Source of the DNA: an uncultured delta proteobacterium
GTDB taxonomy: Bacteria > Desulfobacterota > Desulfobacteria > Desulfobacterales > QNYZ01
Length of the DNA: 64,000 bases
Assembly (NCBI GenBank): GCA_963845145.1
Contig: CAWJQU010000002.1
Span: 384,001-448,000 of the forward strand
Direction: 5' to 3'
Part shown: positions 49,806 to 59,946 of the stretch, one piece after another
How positions within the stretch are numbered: position 1 is the stretch's first letter
Layout of the letters: every line of letters starts with the position of its first letter
Position numbers and translations under genes: made by a program
Notes under the pieces: model-generated
What the model was told of the DNA's origin: nothing
Seen by the model: only the letters and a program-made list of their open reading frames with translations
Database searches by the model: none

Positions 49806-52800
49806 TCATTTTCCTGAGCGAGTACCCAAAGCCCGCCAAACCCGCAAATATTCACTGACCCCCCAGGCTTGGGCATCACACCCCCTTGACTGGTGGGGAA
49901 AATCACCGTCCACGATTTCAGGAAGATGGCCGACGCATCCGTTTCGAATTAAGGCGCTGCTGCTGGATAACCAATATTGTGCCGATTTTCGGGCACCCGA
50001 ACCCCAGGCCGTGACCCAGGCTTCGCAAAAAGTGGGGAATACCCAGGTCCAGGCGGTGCCATTATGATAGGCCGGTTTGCGCTGTGTGTCCTCATCCCCC
50101 TCATACCGTCCCTGGTAAGGATGATGCGGATCGTTTAGAACCTGCCCCTGATGAATCACGGCAATCGGATGTGCCACCGGACGATCCGCTATACTGCGAA
50201 TAGCGCCGGGGACGACAAGTGCCTGGCAGGCGGTCACCATCGCCCGACTGATTTTGGGGTCATCGATGGCACCAAGGGTAATGGCAAAAAGTTGATTGGG
50301 CCGCAAGGCATCGTCCCGGTCCGCTTTTTCGGCGGAAACGCCAGGGTCAGCATGCAAACAGTCGGCCATGTAGCCGGCATTTTTAAGGTAAAAATACCGT
50401 TTGAGTGATGCCTTTACTTGGGTTTGCAAATCGGCCCATGGGCCACCGTCCGGATCGACTTTGGCGAGGAGTTGAAGGGCAGCATGCCATAGAGCCTGGA
50501 TCTCTACCGGATACCCTTGGCGGGGTGTTCCGGCCGGATGGTTGGTGTCCATCCAGGTAAAATGGCTGGGACTGAATATCAGCCCCGACTCAGCATCCAT
50601 TTTCACACCGTTGGGCGTTCCTGCGATCATGGCGTTGCCGATGGACAACAAGATCTCTTCAATCGACCGTCCCCCGCAATCGATTTGCATCAAGGCACGG
50701 TTTTTTTCCGCTTTCATGAGATCGGCACAAGCGGTAAAAAACCATAGCGGAGCGTCGGATGTATCCCGGTTATCCGCCCGGTCGCCATGAATCATGTTGG
50801 GCAGAGTGCCGTCCTGCTCAAAGCGCCCGAACTGGATTAAAATCTTGCGGGCGACCTCGTATCGGCCGGCCGCCACCAGGCCCCTGACCGCAATGAGCGT
50901 ATCGCGCCCCCAATCGAGAAACCAGGGATAACCGGCCACTACGCTGAAGTTACTTCCCCTTTTGACCACAAATTGATCCAAAGCGGCTGTGAGGGCGGTC
51001 GTCAAAGATGCCTCGCGGCGGATAGAGGTGTCCGGCTGACTGGCCCATTGAACCAATGCGCTGGAAAAATCGGCCGGAACAGCTTCGGGTTCCGATATCC
51101 CGGCAGTTAAAAGCTCATGCTCACCGCCGGCCAGCAGGGTCGCAAAGTATCCGGGGCTGAACAGGTCCGAATCCGGATCCAGCCCCCTTTCCGCCTCCAG
51201 CGAACGGTGCACCATGTAATGCCATTCCGGTTCGAGCACGAATGTTCCCCGTAACACCGTCATCTCTAAGCAGCGCTGGGTTGCCGGTGTGAATTCGAAC
51301 TTTTGTTCACCAGGCGTCAGGGCTGAGGGAAAAGCCTGTTCGGGGCCTGTAAAGGCCTTCGTGGTGTCGTGAAAACTGCGGTCTTCGATATCCGGGCGCA
51401 GGATCAACCGAACGGGATTTGAATCGGCCAGGTGGTCGGCCTTTTTTGAGCCAGATATTGAGCCGGGCGACCGATAAGCAACCAGAGCCATTGCATTTTT
51501 ATCCGGCACCATGGCGGCAACAATGGTGAGCCGAATATGCTCTCCTTGGCCGGTGGGAATGGTAAATTGCCAGCGTCCGCCCACACCGATTTCGTAATCG
51601 AAACGGTCCAGACAATCGGAATTGATCTCGGTCGAATAGCCCTGATAAACCACCCAGCCCCGGCAACGGGTAAACATCACCCAGCGATCCTCGGGGTAGT
51701 CGGGGTTAAGGTTGGCGGATAAAAGCGCATCGTAGCGACTGTATAGTTCGCCCCACCGGACCGGTACGTGCAGCATGCCGCCCCGACCGTTGGTATCCAG
51801 GAACATACCCTTCTCAAGGGCGGCGATCTCACGCCGAGAATATTGGCAATTGAGGCGTTCTGGTTCGACGAAAGTCGGGAAATGGAGCAAGCCCTCTTCA
51901 TGTCGGGTTTGCGCAGCCTCATAAACCGTGAGGGCCAGGGTCAGCCGACAGGGGAGTTTTTCCAATTCAGATTTTCCCGGCTCTGATTTGCCCGGTTCTG
52001 ATTTTACCGGTGTCGATAAGGGTGTAAACAGAACAAAGTGTGCGTTGTCGTCCTGGATAAGGCTTACTTCCTGGGCCAGCGTCTTTTTACCCGCCGTTAT
52101 TCGGGCCCGAAACGGATGGGGCGCCCAAATGTAGAGAAAATGGCCCGGCAAGACCACCACCTCGCGCCGCGTATCGGTTGGCCAGGTCCAATCAATGATA
52201 CCGGGCGTGGCTTCATTCGGACGCAACTTGAGACAAAATTCCCTGGGATCCTTCTTCAATGTGGCTGCCAGGGCCTTAACATCTAAATTACCCAGATCCG
52301 CCGTACCATGGACATACCGATAGGCTTCCAACGCCCTGGCATAAAGACGCTGGTCTTCCACCCGTTGCACGTGTGCATTTAAGGTCTGCCCGGAGAGTAA
52401 GTCGATCCTTTCGAGATCATCCGGTTCATCGGACAGACAAAGCACCTGTCCTGCGGTAAGTTCAATCGTCGAACGCCCGTTATCGTGCCCGTTACCATGA
52501 TTGATCGTCACGGTTTGGCCGGTGATCAAATCCCATACCTTAGGGCCCTTGAAGTCGGCTTTGCGACCATGCCAGCCACCCCGAACAGGCTCTTTATCTC
52601 CCAGGTTGGCCAGGACCAACAGGTGTCGCTTGGACACGCGATGAAACCGGTCAAGGGCCAGAAAATTCCCCGGACCGTCAGAGACAATCGTTAAATCGAC
52701 CCGATCGGCAAATGTCGGATGGGTTTTCAGGATTTGATTCAGGCGGTAAATATGCGCAACCTGATTGTCATCGCTCCCCCAGTTTAAGGATGGGGCCTGG

Positions 52801-54203
52801 TGAACATCGATTTTGGCATCGGCATACCATTCCACCCCGTTGGCAAATGCGAAGGCCCCGTGTCGCGATGCCAGGGCACACACGGCCGTACGCATCCTCG
52901 CCCACGTTTTAGAGCGGCTCGCCAGCCGATTGTTATCGTGCGTCTCGGCAAAGTGAACCATCCCCCCATCGGAGTGTGAGATGTCAATGGCTTCGGGCAG
53001 ATAGTGTTCTATCTGATCCCGGTCATCATTCTGGAAAAGTTCCGAATAGGCCCAATTTATATTCGCCCGGTTAAGCAGATTGCGGGTCACCGCTATCGGG
53101 CCACCCAGCCCCTCGAGGAAAAAGACCGTGTCGGGATATTCGTCTCGCACACACGCCACGATATATTGCCAGGCCGGCTCAGGAATCATGTAACCGGCAT
53201 CGCACCGAAACCCATCCACGCCGCGTCGACACCAACGCCGAAATATTCGAGCCATGTAACGCCAAAGCTCTTTTTGGGAATAATCCAGCCGGGTCAAATC
53301 CGCCCAGGTGACGCCCCATGCACCGGGCATTTCAATGTGACCGTCCGGCCCCCGCACCAGCCATTCCGGATGGGCGTCATGCAACCGGGCGGCCCACCCC
53401 GTATGATTGATGGCGATATCCATGATCAGCTTGCCCTCCCGGGTATGAACGGCATCGATAAGTTCGATAAATTGTTCGGTAGGGGTCGCGGTTGGATCGA
53501 AAACAGCCAGTCCGGGATCCACAGACATGAAGTTGAGCGCTGCATAGGGGCTGCCGAACCGTCCCATGCGGGCGTAGGTAGTCGGTGTGGCATGCACGGG
53601 TAACAGTTGAATAATGCGACACCCCAGGCGTCCAATAATGAAATCCAGCTCAGCGATTAGGTCACGAAAAGTACCCGATGGCGGAATCACGGTGTACCCG
53701 GCCTCATCCAATGGTTTAATCAGGTCTTCCCGATCGGTTTGCTCCAGCCGGCCATCCTTGTTGGGTCCAAACTGACGCACAAAGGCATTGTAAATGATGT
53801 TTGCGGCGCAAGTATCGGCCGGTTCGACATTGATGAGGGTGTTTGTTCCCGGCGGCCAAAGCGGCGTGGATTGGCCCTTTTGGACAAAAAAACATTTGGC
53901 TTCAAAATGGCCCACATCACATAAAGGAAGTGTTACCCGATAGTGCCGATGGGCAACTTTACCCATGGGAATATCGAACCAGGAGCGGCTTAACGGTTGA
54001 CTGCCCTGATGGATCTGATCGATAATTTCTTTTCGGATGATGTTCGCTCGGCCGATATTGGTACGTATCCAGGCCTTGCCGTCCATCGCCTTGCCGTCCA
54101 TGGTCTTGGGTAGCTTCAAGTCAAAGGTCTCAACATCTCCGCAAAATCTGAGCAGATGTCGGGCCGGCGATGGGGTCTGGATCAATTCGTCTGAGGTACT
54201 CAT
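49806..54203 (-). CDS. Bifunctional glycogen debranching enzyme (GH13 module + amylo-alpha-1,6-glucosidase)
   Basis: GSPYA, GFRCDAG, FLEG, ETHDN; C-terminal AGYPWFLDWGRDT, TWMD, RPNQ, YHNGTAW, AQAWG. Confidence 0.9.
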   Translation of the reverse strand: MSTSDELIQTPSPARHLLRFCGDVETFDLKLPKTMDGKAMDGKAWIRTNIGRANIIRKEIIDQIHQGSQPLSRSWFDIPMGKVAHRHYRVTLPLCDVGHFEAKCFFVQKGQSTPLWPPGTNTLINVEPADTCAANIIYNAFVRQFGPNKDGRLEQTDREDLIKPLDEAGYTVIPPSGTFRDLIAELDFIIGRLGCRIIQLLPVHATPTTYARMGRFGSPYAALNFMSVDPGLAVFDPTATPTEQFIELIDAVHTREGKLIMDIAINHTGWAARLHDAHPEWLVRGPDGHIEMPGAWGVTWADLTRLDYSQKELWRYMARIFRRWCRRGVDGFRCDAGYMIPEPAWQYIVACVRDEYPDTVFFLEGLGGPIAVTRNLLNRANINWAYSELFQNDDRDQIEHYLPEAIDISHSDGGMVHFAETHDNNRLASRSKTWARMRTAVCALASRHGAFAFANGVEWYADAKIDVHQAPSLNWGSDDNQVAHIYRLNQILKTHPTFADRVDLTIVSDGPGNFLALDRFHRVSKRHLLVLANLGDKEPVRGGWHGRKADFKGPKVWDLITGQTVTINHGNGHDNGRSTIELTAGQVLCLSDEPDDLERIDLLSGQTLNAHVQRVEDQRLYARALEAYRYVHGTADLGNLDVKALAATLKKDPREFCLKLRPNEATPGIIDWTWPTDTRREVVVLPGHFLYIWAPHPFRARITAGKKTLAQEVSLIQDDNAHFVLFTPLSTPVKSEPGKSEPGKSELEKLPCRLTLALTVYEAAQTRHEEGLLHFPTFVEPERLNCQYSRREIAALEKGMFLDTNGRGGMLHVPVRWGELYSRYDALLSANLNPDYPEDRWVMFTRCRGWVVYQGYSTEINSDCLDRFDYEIGVGGRWQFTIPTGQGEHIRLTIVAAMVPDKNAMALVAYRSPGSISGSKKADHLADSNPVRLILRPDIEDRSFHDTTKAFTGPEQAFPSALTPGEQKFEFTPATQRCLEMTVLRGTFVLEPEWHYMVHRSLEAERGLDPDSDLFSPGYFATLLAGGEHELLTAGISEPEAVPADFSSALVQWASQPDTSIRREASLTTALTAALDQFVVKRGSNFSVVAGYPWFLDWGRDTLIAVRGLVAAGRYEVARKILIQFGRFEQDGTLPNMIHGDRADNRDTSDAPLWFFTACADLMKAEKNRALMQIDCGGRSIEEILLSIGNAMIAGTPNGVKMDAESGLIFSPSHFTWMDTNHPAGTPRQGYPVEIQALWHAALQLLAKVDPDGGPWADLQTQVKASLKRYFYLKNAGYMADCLHADPGVSAEKADRDDALRPNQLFAITLGAIDDPKISRAMVTACQALVVPGAIRSIADRPVAHPIAVIHQGQVLNDPHHPYQGRYEGDEDTQRKPAYHNGTAWTWVFPTFCEAWVTAWGSGARKSAQYWLSSSSALIRNGCVGHLPEIVDGDFPHQSRGCDAQAWGVSEYLRVWRALGTRSGK

Positions 54204-54501
54204 GGGGCAGCTCGTTTTGACTTATGGGTGATTGTTCGGGGAACCCTATCGTTTGGCGACCCAATTGTCAAAAAAGTCGCCCTATCATAATAAAGCCTGG
54301 TAAACGGTAGCATATTGGTTGTGCGATTTTTCATTGACCCCGCCCACGCCAAATGGTTATCAAAGGAGCCAGTTTCAAAACGTCCCATTTTGCCCAATCT
54401 CTGCGTCAGGTTAAAATTTTCGCCTTCCTTGACCTTGAACAAACTGAAATGTTTTGAAATTGGCTCAAAGGATAAATTTCGTTTTATTGAAGGTGGTGCG
54501 A

Positions 54502-54819
54502 ATGAATTTCATCAAGTTGGCAACCGTTAAAGATTTTACGGATCAACGCATAAGGTCTTTTTCGGTTTTGGGAAAAAAGATCGGTATCGTCAAACGAACC
54601 GATGACCAATTTTATGCCATCGAAACCGGATGTAAACACCAGGGCGCCGATCTCACTCAAGGAAAAATCGACGGCCATGTTGCCACCTGCCCACGCCATG
54701 GATGGCAATACGACCTCGAAACCGGGGAATGCCTCAACCATGATTCCCCCCGGTTACGAAAGCATGCGCTGGTCCTTGAAGGTAACGATATTAAAGTATC
54801 GCTAAGCCCTTTAGAGTAA
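54502..54819 (+). CDS. Rieske [2Fe-2S] ferredoxin
   Basis: CKH...CPRHGWQYDLETG. Confidence 0.9.
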   Translation: MNFIKLATVKDFTDQRIRSFSVLGKKIGIVKRTDDQFYAIETGCKHQGADLTQGKIDGHVATCPRHGWQYDLETGECLNHDSPRLRKHALVLEGNDIKVSLSPLE

Positions 54820-54859
54820 ACATAACCCACGATGGTGAATATACGATTAGGAGGAACGC

Positions 54860-55324
54860 ATGGATAAGATAGAAGCCGGCAACAAGGCCCCAGGGTTCAA
54901 TTTAAGCGATCAAAACGGCCGGATGGTAAAGTTGACCGAGTACAAAGGGAAAAAATTGCTACTGTACTTCTACCCCAAAGCCAACACTTCCGGCTGAACG
55001 ACCCAATCTATCAGTGTACGGGATGCACTGCCGGAATTAAACCAAAAGGATACGATGGTCGTTGGTATCAGCCCGGATTTGCCCGAGCAACAAAAAAAAT
55101 TCGACGATAAATATCAACTCGGCTTTCCCCTGCTTTCCGACCCGCAGCATGCCGTGGCCGATGCCTATGGTGCATGGGGTGAGAAATCCATGTATGGTAA
55201 AAAATACATGGGCATTGTTCGCTCGGCGTTTTTAATCGATCAAAAGGGAAAGGTCCTTCAAGCCTGGTACAAAATCAGTCCGAAAAAGACTATCCCGGAA
55301 GTATTGAAGGCGCTCAACGGGTAG
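54860..55324 (+). CDS. bcp: BCP/PrxQ peroxiredoxin, selenoprotein (UGA 54995-54997 = Sec46)
   Basis: AGGAGG RBS; MDKIEAGNKAPGFNL...YFYPKANTSG-U-TTQ...GISPD...FPLLSD...VRSAF; UGA at the peroxidatic position; SECIS-like hairpin follows. Confidence 0.88.
55012..55030 (+). promoter_or_regulatory. Candidate bacterial SECIS element
   Basis: CAGTGTA-CGGGA-TGCACTG stem-loop (one G:U) starting 14 nt after the in-frame UGA. Confidence 0.7.
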
Positions 55325-55342
55325 TTTGGATTACCGTAATCC

Positions 55343-55528
55343 TTATTCCGCTGAACGGTTTAACTTCTCAACCGTTTTCAGATCACACACGTCGAAAATC
55401 TCGCCACAGCCGCCACAGATCATTTCACAGTCGTCCGGCTTGCGGGTACGTCGCTTTTTTAAGTCGGATTTGCAGGTTGGGCAAACCAAGTTTTGCGCGG
55501 ATTTTGTTTTTTCCGATTCGGCAGACAT
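55343..55528 (-). CDS. Small zinc-ribbon-like protein
   Basis: CPTC...CGGC plus two more Cys; AAGGA upstream of ATG. Confidence 0.65.
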   Translation of the reverse strand: MSAESEKTKSAQNLVCPTCKSDLKKRRTRKPDDCEMICGGCGEIFDVCDLKTVEKLNRSAE

Positions 55529-55734
55529 ATTCATCCTTAGGTTTGAAAGAAGGGTTGAAAGAGTTGACATTACACTAAAAATGGGCATTTTTTTAAATCG
55601 GGCCGGAGCAATCTTTTTCTAAATGACTGTTTGCCGGGTACACCAATAGGCGCAACATATGAATGGATGCCCTCACCTTGGTCGCCGGTTCAGTGTTTCA
55701 TGCTGTGGTCGTTTTGCCTATCAAAGGAGTAACC

Positions 55735-56820
55735 ATGATAAAAAGCGCTTTCAAGGCTTTATCTATTACCATCATTATCACCTTGGCCACCCCTTTTCAG
55801 GTCCCGGCTCAGAATGCACCCCCGCCGGCTAAAGTCCGCGTCGCCAAAGTCACCCAAAAAAGCCATACTGAAAACAGTGGACTGGTTGGGGTATTATACT
55901 ACGACCGCGTAAGCAACATCTCCACCCAAGTATCCGGCCAGGTCCGGCAAGCTGAATTTAGAGCCGGCTCGCAGGTTACAAAAGGAGCGACACTGGTTCG
56001 TATCAATACCGATTTTTATGATCAGGATATCGCGGTGGAAAAAGCAAGGATCGGTGCCATCAATGTCAAAATAGAAAACGTAGCCAAAGATCTTGCCCGG
56101 TTTAAATCCCTTTTGGCTAAACAAGCGGTCAGCGAATCCGCTCATGATGCACTCTACTTCAACCATCAGATCTTAATTAAGGAGCGCGAAACGGTACGGG
56201 CGGGTTTGGCCAGGATACGGCTCAAGCGATCCAAGTGTGTCATACGCGCCCCTTTTGACGGCATAATCCTGGAAAAATCGGTGGACACAAGCGATTGGGT
56301 GACCCCCGGGCGCACGTTGTACCGTATTGGGGCGATCGATGACCTTTTTGTAAAAGTCGCGGTTTCAGAGCAAATGGCGCCCTACAGCCTATCCGGCACA
56401 ACCGTTGATGTGGTGCTCACCGCTGCCGACAAGAAAGTAACGGGCCGCATTGAGGGCTTTTTGCCGGTGGCCGACCCCAAAACGAAGAACGTCACCATTA
56501 AAATCCGCCTTATGGAAACGGCTGATATCGGCCGGAACGTCGCGGAGAATATGTCCGCTATGGTTTATTTGCCCACCAGCACACAAAAAGCATTGAAACT
56601 AATCCCAAGGGATGCGCTCATTAACCGCCAGGGCAACAACTTTGTCTTTACGGTTAAAGAAGGCAAAGCCGCCATGCTGCCGGTTACCGTGGTGGCCTAT
56701 TTAAACAAAAGCGTGGGCGTCAACGATCCGCATATCACGGTCGACATGCCGGTGGTTGTAGAAGGCAATGAACGCTTACAGCCGGATCAGCCGGTCATCG
56801 TGGGTGAGGAGGGCAAGTAA
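55735..56820 (+). CDS. RND efflux membrane fusion (periplasmic adaptor) subunit
   Basis: AAGGAG RBS; VSGQV, IRAPFDG, IPRDAL, VVVEG. Confidence 0.9.
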   Translation: MIKSAFKALSITIIITLATPFQVPAQNAPPPAKVRVAKVTQKSHTENSGLVGVLYYDRVSNISTQVSGQVRQAEFRAGSQVTKGATLVRINTDFYDQDIAVEKARIGAINVKIENVAKDLARFKSLLAKQAVSESAHDALYFNHQILIKERETVRAGLARIRLKRSKCVIRAPFDGIILEKSVDTSDWVTPGRTLYRIGAIDDLFVKVAVSEQMAPYSLSGTTVDVVLTAADKKVTGRIEGFLPVADPKTKNVTIKIRLMETADIGRNVAENMSAMVYLPTSTQKALKLIPRDALINRQGNNFVFTVKEGKAAMLPVTVVAYLNKSVGVNDPHITVDMPVVVEGNERLQPDQPVIVGEEGK

Positions 56821-59800
56821 GTGGACCTGATCCGTTATGCGATCCAAAAACCGATCACAGCTGCGGTGGGTGTCATTTTGGTCATCATGTTCGGCCTGAT
56901 CGGCCTGTCCCGTTTACCCCTGCAGTTGACCCCGGATGTCGAGGAACCCAAAATCACCGTCCGCACGGTTTGGGCCGGCGCAACACCTTATGAGATTGAA
57001 CAGGAAATCGTTGAAAAACAAGAAGAGGTGCTAAAAGGGGTTCAAAACCTCGTTAAAATGGAAAGCGCCAGTTACAATAGCCTGGGTGAAATCACCCTTA
57101 CCTTCAAGGTGGGTACCGATCTGAATGCCGCTTTGCTGCGGGTGTCCAATAAACTCAACGAGGTTTCCGATTACCCCGAAAATGCCAATCGACCGGCTAT
57201 CGACGCCGCCGGTGCTCAGGCCAGCCCGATCATCTGGACCATGTTAAAAATGAAAAGCGGCGATTCCGCCGACATTTTAACGTTTGAAACCTTTTTCGAA
57301 AACGAGGTTCGGCAGCACCTGGAACGCGTGGAAGGGGTGGGCTCTCTTTTTGTGGCCGGCGGCACCGCTGACGAGCTTCATGTGATTCTGGATACGGATA
57401 AGATGGCCCGCCACAACATGACGATCGACACCGTCATCGCCAAAATCAGAGGCGCCAACCGGGATAATTCCGCCGGTATTCTGACCATGGGCAAAAAGGA
57501 GTTTCGGCTGCGGACTACCGGCCGGTTTCAAAATGATCAGGACCCCCTGGATGTGGTGATCTTTGACAACGGGCTTGAAAGCGTTCGGTTGAGAGACATC
57601 GCCGAGTCACGGATCGGCCATGCGAAGCAGACCTCTTCAGTGATGCACAACAGCCAAGAGGGAATTGTTGTTGGTGTCCGAAAAGAACCCGGTACCAACG
57701 TGATCGAGCTGATCCACCGCCTAAAAGCGGTTGTCAGTCAACTCAATGAAACCATTTTAGCCGACAACAACATTTTTATCGACTGGCTTTACGATGAAGA
57801 ACCGTACATCAGCCGGGCCATCCAAATCGTCCAGCGCAATGTGTTTTTAGGCGGATTTCTGGCCATCGTGGTGCTGCTGGTCTATTTACGCTCTTTGACC
57901 GCTACCATCACAACCGCTGTTGCGATTCCCATCTCGGCCATTGGAACATTTATTTTTTTATGGCTGATGGGCAGAAATCTCAATGTGGTCAGCTTGGCGG
58001 GCATCTCATTTGCCGTGGGGATGCTCGTAGACAATGCCATTGTCGTCATGGAGAATATCGACAGACATCGTAAAATGGGCAAAAAGGCCTTTGACGCCAC
58101 CTATGACGGCGCAAGGGAAGTGTTGGGCGCCGTTTTTGCCTCCACCGCCACCACCGTGGCTGTTTTTTTACCGGTAATTTTCATCGAGGAAGAAGCCGGC
58201 CAGCTATTCAGAGATATCGCCATCGCCATCACCTTCTCTATTATGCTCAGCCTGTTTGTATCCGTGGCGGTCATTCCAACCATTTTGAATCAGTTCTACC
58301 GACGCATCAAACGGCCGGACAAAAACCGGCCCCCGTCCCGAATTTCCCGCGTGGGCACCTTTTTGTCTGAAAGCATTATCTATTTTTCAAATCTGACCTT
58401 AAAAAATGCCCTGACCCGGCTGACGTCGGTCGTTTTGTTTACCGTCCTTTCCATCGGACTGGTGATTTGGTTGATTCCTAAAGCCGAGTATCTGCCCCAG
58501 GGAAATCGTAACCTGGTCTTGGGCATTCTAATTCCACCGCCGGGAATGTCGGTGGACAAACGTAAAGCCAATGGCAACTTTATTTATGAACAGGCCGGCC
58601 CCTACATGAGCGAGGAAGAAAAAGACGGCACGCCCGGAATTAAAAATCTTTTTTACGTGGCGACGCCCGACTTTAACATTTTTGGCGCGTTAAGTTTTTT
58701 TGAAACCCGTGCCCGTGAAATGATCCCGTTGTTTAACCAAATGATCAATGCCATCCCCGACATGTTCGGTATCAGCTTCCAGGCCGGCATTTTTCAAAGT
58801 GATATCGGTGGCAGTCGTACCGTAGATGTCAACCTGTCCGGCGAAAGCCTCCCCGATATGATCGGTGTGGCCCAGCAGCTGTTTGGTGGTATCATGGGCG
58901 CCTTGCCCGGAAGCCAGGTTCGGCCTATCCCTTCCCTGGAGATCAGCTATCCGGAGGTCAACATCATTCCCAACAAGGCCAAATTGGCCGCCAACGGTTT
59001 CACCGAGCAAGACCTGGGTGTTTACCTTGATATTTTAATGGACGGTCGCAAGATCGATACTTTTCAGCCTGCGGGACAAAAACAGATCGATTTGATTTTA
59101 AAAGGCCGCGATACGATCTTCAATACGCCCGAAGAGCTACTCAATGGTATGATTGTCAACCGCTTTGGGGACCTGATCCGTGTGGGGGACGTGGCGTCGG
59201 TTCGCTACGGCCAGGGAATGACCCAGGTCAATCACCTGGAGCGCAAACGCACCGTGGCCCTACAGGTGACCCCACCGGCGGAAATGCCACTGGAAGTCGC
59301 GATCGATACCATTAAAAACAATCTGATCGGCCCCATGCGAGCCGAGGGCAAATTAAACCAGGTTCAGGTGGCCGTGGGTGGCAATGCGGACAAACTCGAT
59401 CAAACCCGCCAGGCCTTACAGTGGAATTTTATATTGGCCGTGGTCATCACCTATCTCTTGATGGCCGCCCTGTTTGAAAACTTTTTCTATCCTTTGATTA
59501 TTTTGTTCACGGTCCCACTGGCCGCGGCCGGTGGATTTGTGGGGCTCGCACTGGTCAATCGCTTTGTCGCCCCTCAGGCCTTTGACGTCCTGGCCATGCT
59601 GGGCTTTATCATTCTCGTGGGAACGGTGGTCAACAATGCGATTCTGGTCGTTCATCAAACGTTAAACTATATCCGCAACCACAATATGCCTGGCATGGAA
59701 GCGATCAGAATGTCGGTAAAAACACGCATTCGGCCCATTTTTATGAGTGCGACCACGAGCATTTTCGCCCTCTTCCCATTGGTAATCTCCACCGGCTCGG

Positions 59801-59946
59801 GCAGTGAGCTTTACCGGGGCTTGGGCAGTATTCTGTTGGGCGGGTTGGCATTATCAACACTTTTTACCCTCTTTGTCATACCGGCCCTATTGGCCTTTTT
59901 TATCGGTTGGGAGACCCCTCGTGAGAAAATTAAAGATTTGCTTTAA
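56821..59946 (+). CDS. RND efflux permease (AcrB/MdtB superfamily)
   Basis: 1041 aa; GMLVDNAIV, AVFLP, GTVVNNAIL, RIRPIFM. Confidence 0.93.
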   Translation: MDLIRYAIQKPITAAVGVILVIMFGLIGLSRLPLQLTPDVEEPKITVRTVWAGATPYEIEQEIVEKQEEVLKGVQNLVKMESASYNSLGEITLTFKVGTDLNAALLRVSNKLNEVSDYPENANRPAIDAAGAQASPIIWTMLKMKSGDSADILTFETFFENEVRQHLERVEGVGSLFVAGGTADELHVILDTDKMARHNMTIDTVIAKIRGANRDNSAGILTMGKKEFRLRTTGRFQNDQDPLDVVIFDNGLESVRLRDIAESRIGHAKQTSSVMHNSQEGIVVGVRKEPGTNVIELIHRLKAVVSQLNETILADNNIFIDWLYDEEPYISRAIQIVQRNVFLGGFLAIVVLLVYLRSLTATITTAVAIPISAIGTFIFLWLMGRNLNVVSLAGISFAVGMLVDNAIVVMENIDRHRKMGKKAFDATYDGAREVLGAVFASTATTVAVFLPVIFIEEEAGQLFRDIAIAITFSIMLSLFVSVAVIPTILNQFYRRIKRPDKNRPPSRISRVGTFLSESIIYFSNLTLKNALTRLTSVVLFTVLSIGLVIWLIPKAEYLPQGNRNLVLGILIPPPGMSVDKRKANGNFIYEQAGPYMSEEEKDGTPGIKNLFYVATPDFNIFGALSFFETRAREMIPLFNQMINAIPDMFGISFQAGIFQSDIGGSRTVDVNLSGESLPDMIGVAQQLFGGIMGALPGSQVRPIPSLEISYPEVNIIPNKAKLAANGFTEQDLGVYLDILMDGRKIDTFQPAGQKQIDLILKGRDTIFNTPEELLNGMIVNRFGDLIRVGDVASVRYGQGMTQVNHLERKRTVALQVTPPAEMPLEVAIDTIKNNLIGPMRAEGKLNQVQVAVGGNADKLDQTRQALQWNFILAVVITYLLMAALFENFFYPLIILFTVPLAAAGGFVGLALVNRFVAPQAFDVLAMLGFIILVGTVVNNAILVVHQTLNYIRNHNMPGMEAIRMSVKTRIRPIFMSATTSIFALFPLVISTGSGSELYRGLGSILLGGLALSTLFTLFVIPALLAFFIGWETPREKIKDLL

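Noticed and set aside
55055..55324. 89-aa ORF as an independent gene
   Set aside because: It is the C-terminal part of the Sec-BCP starting at 54860
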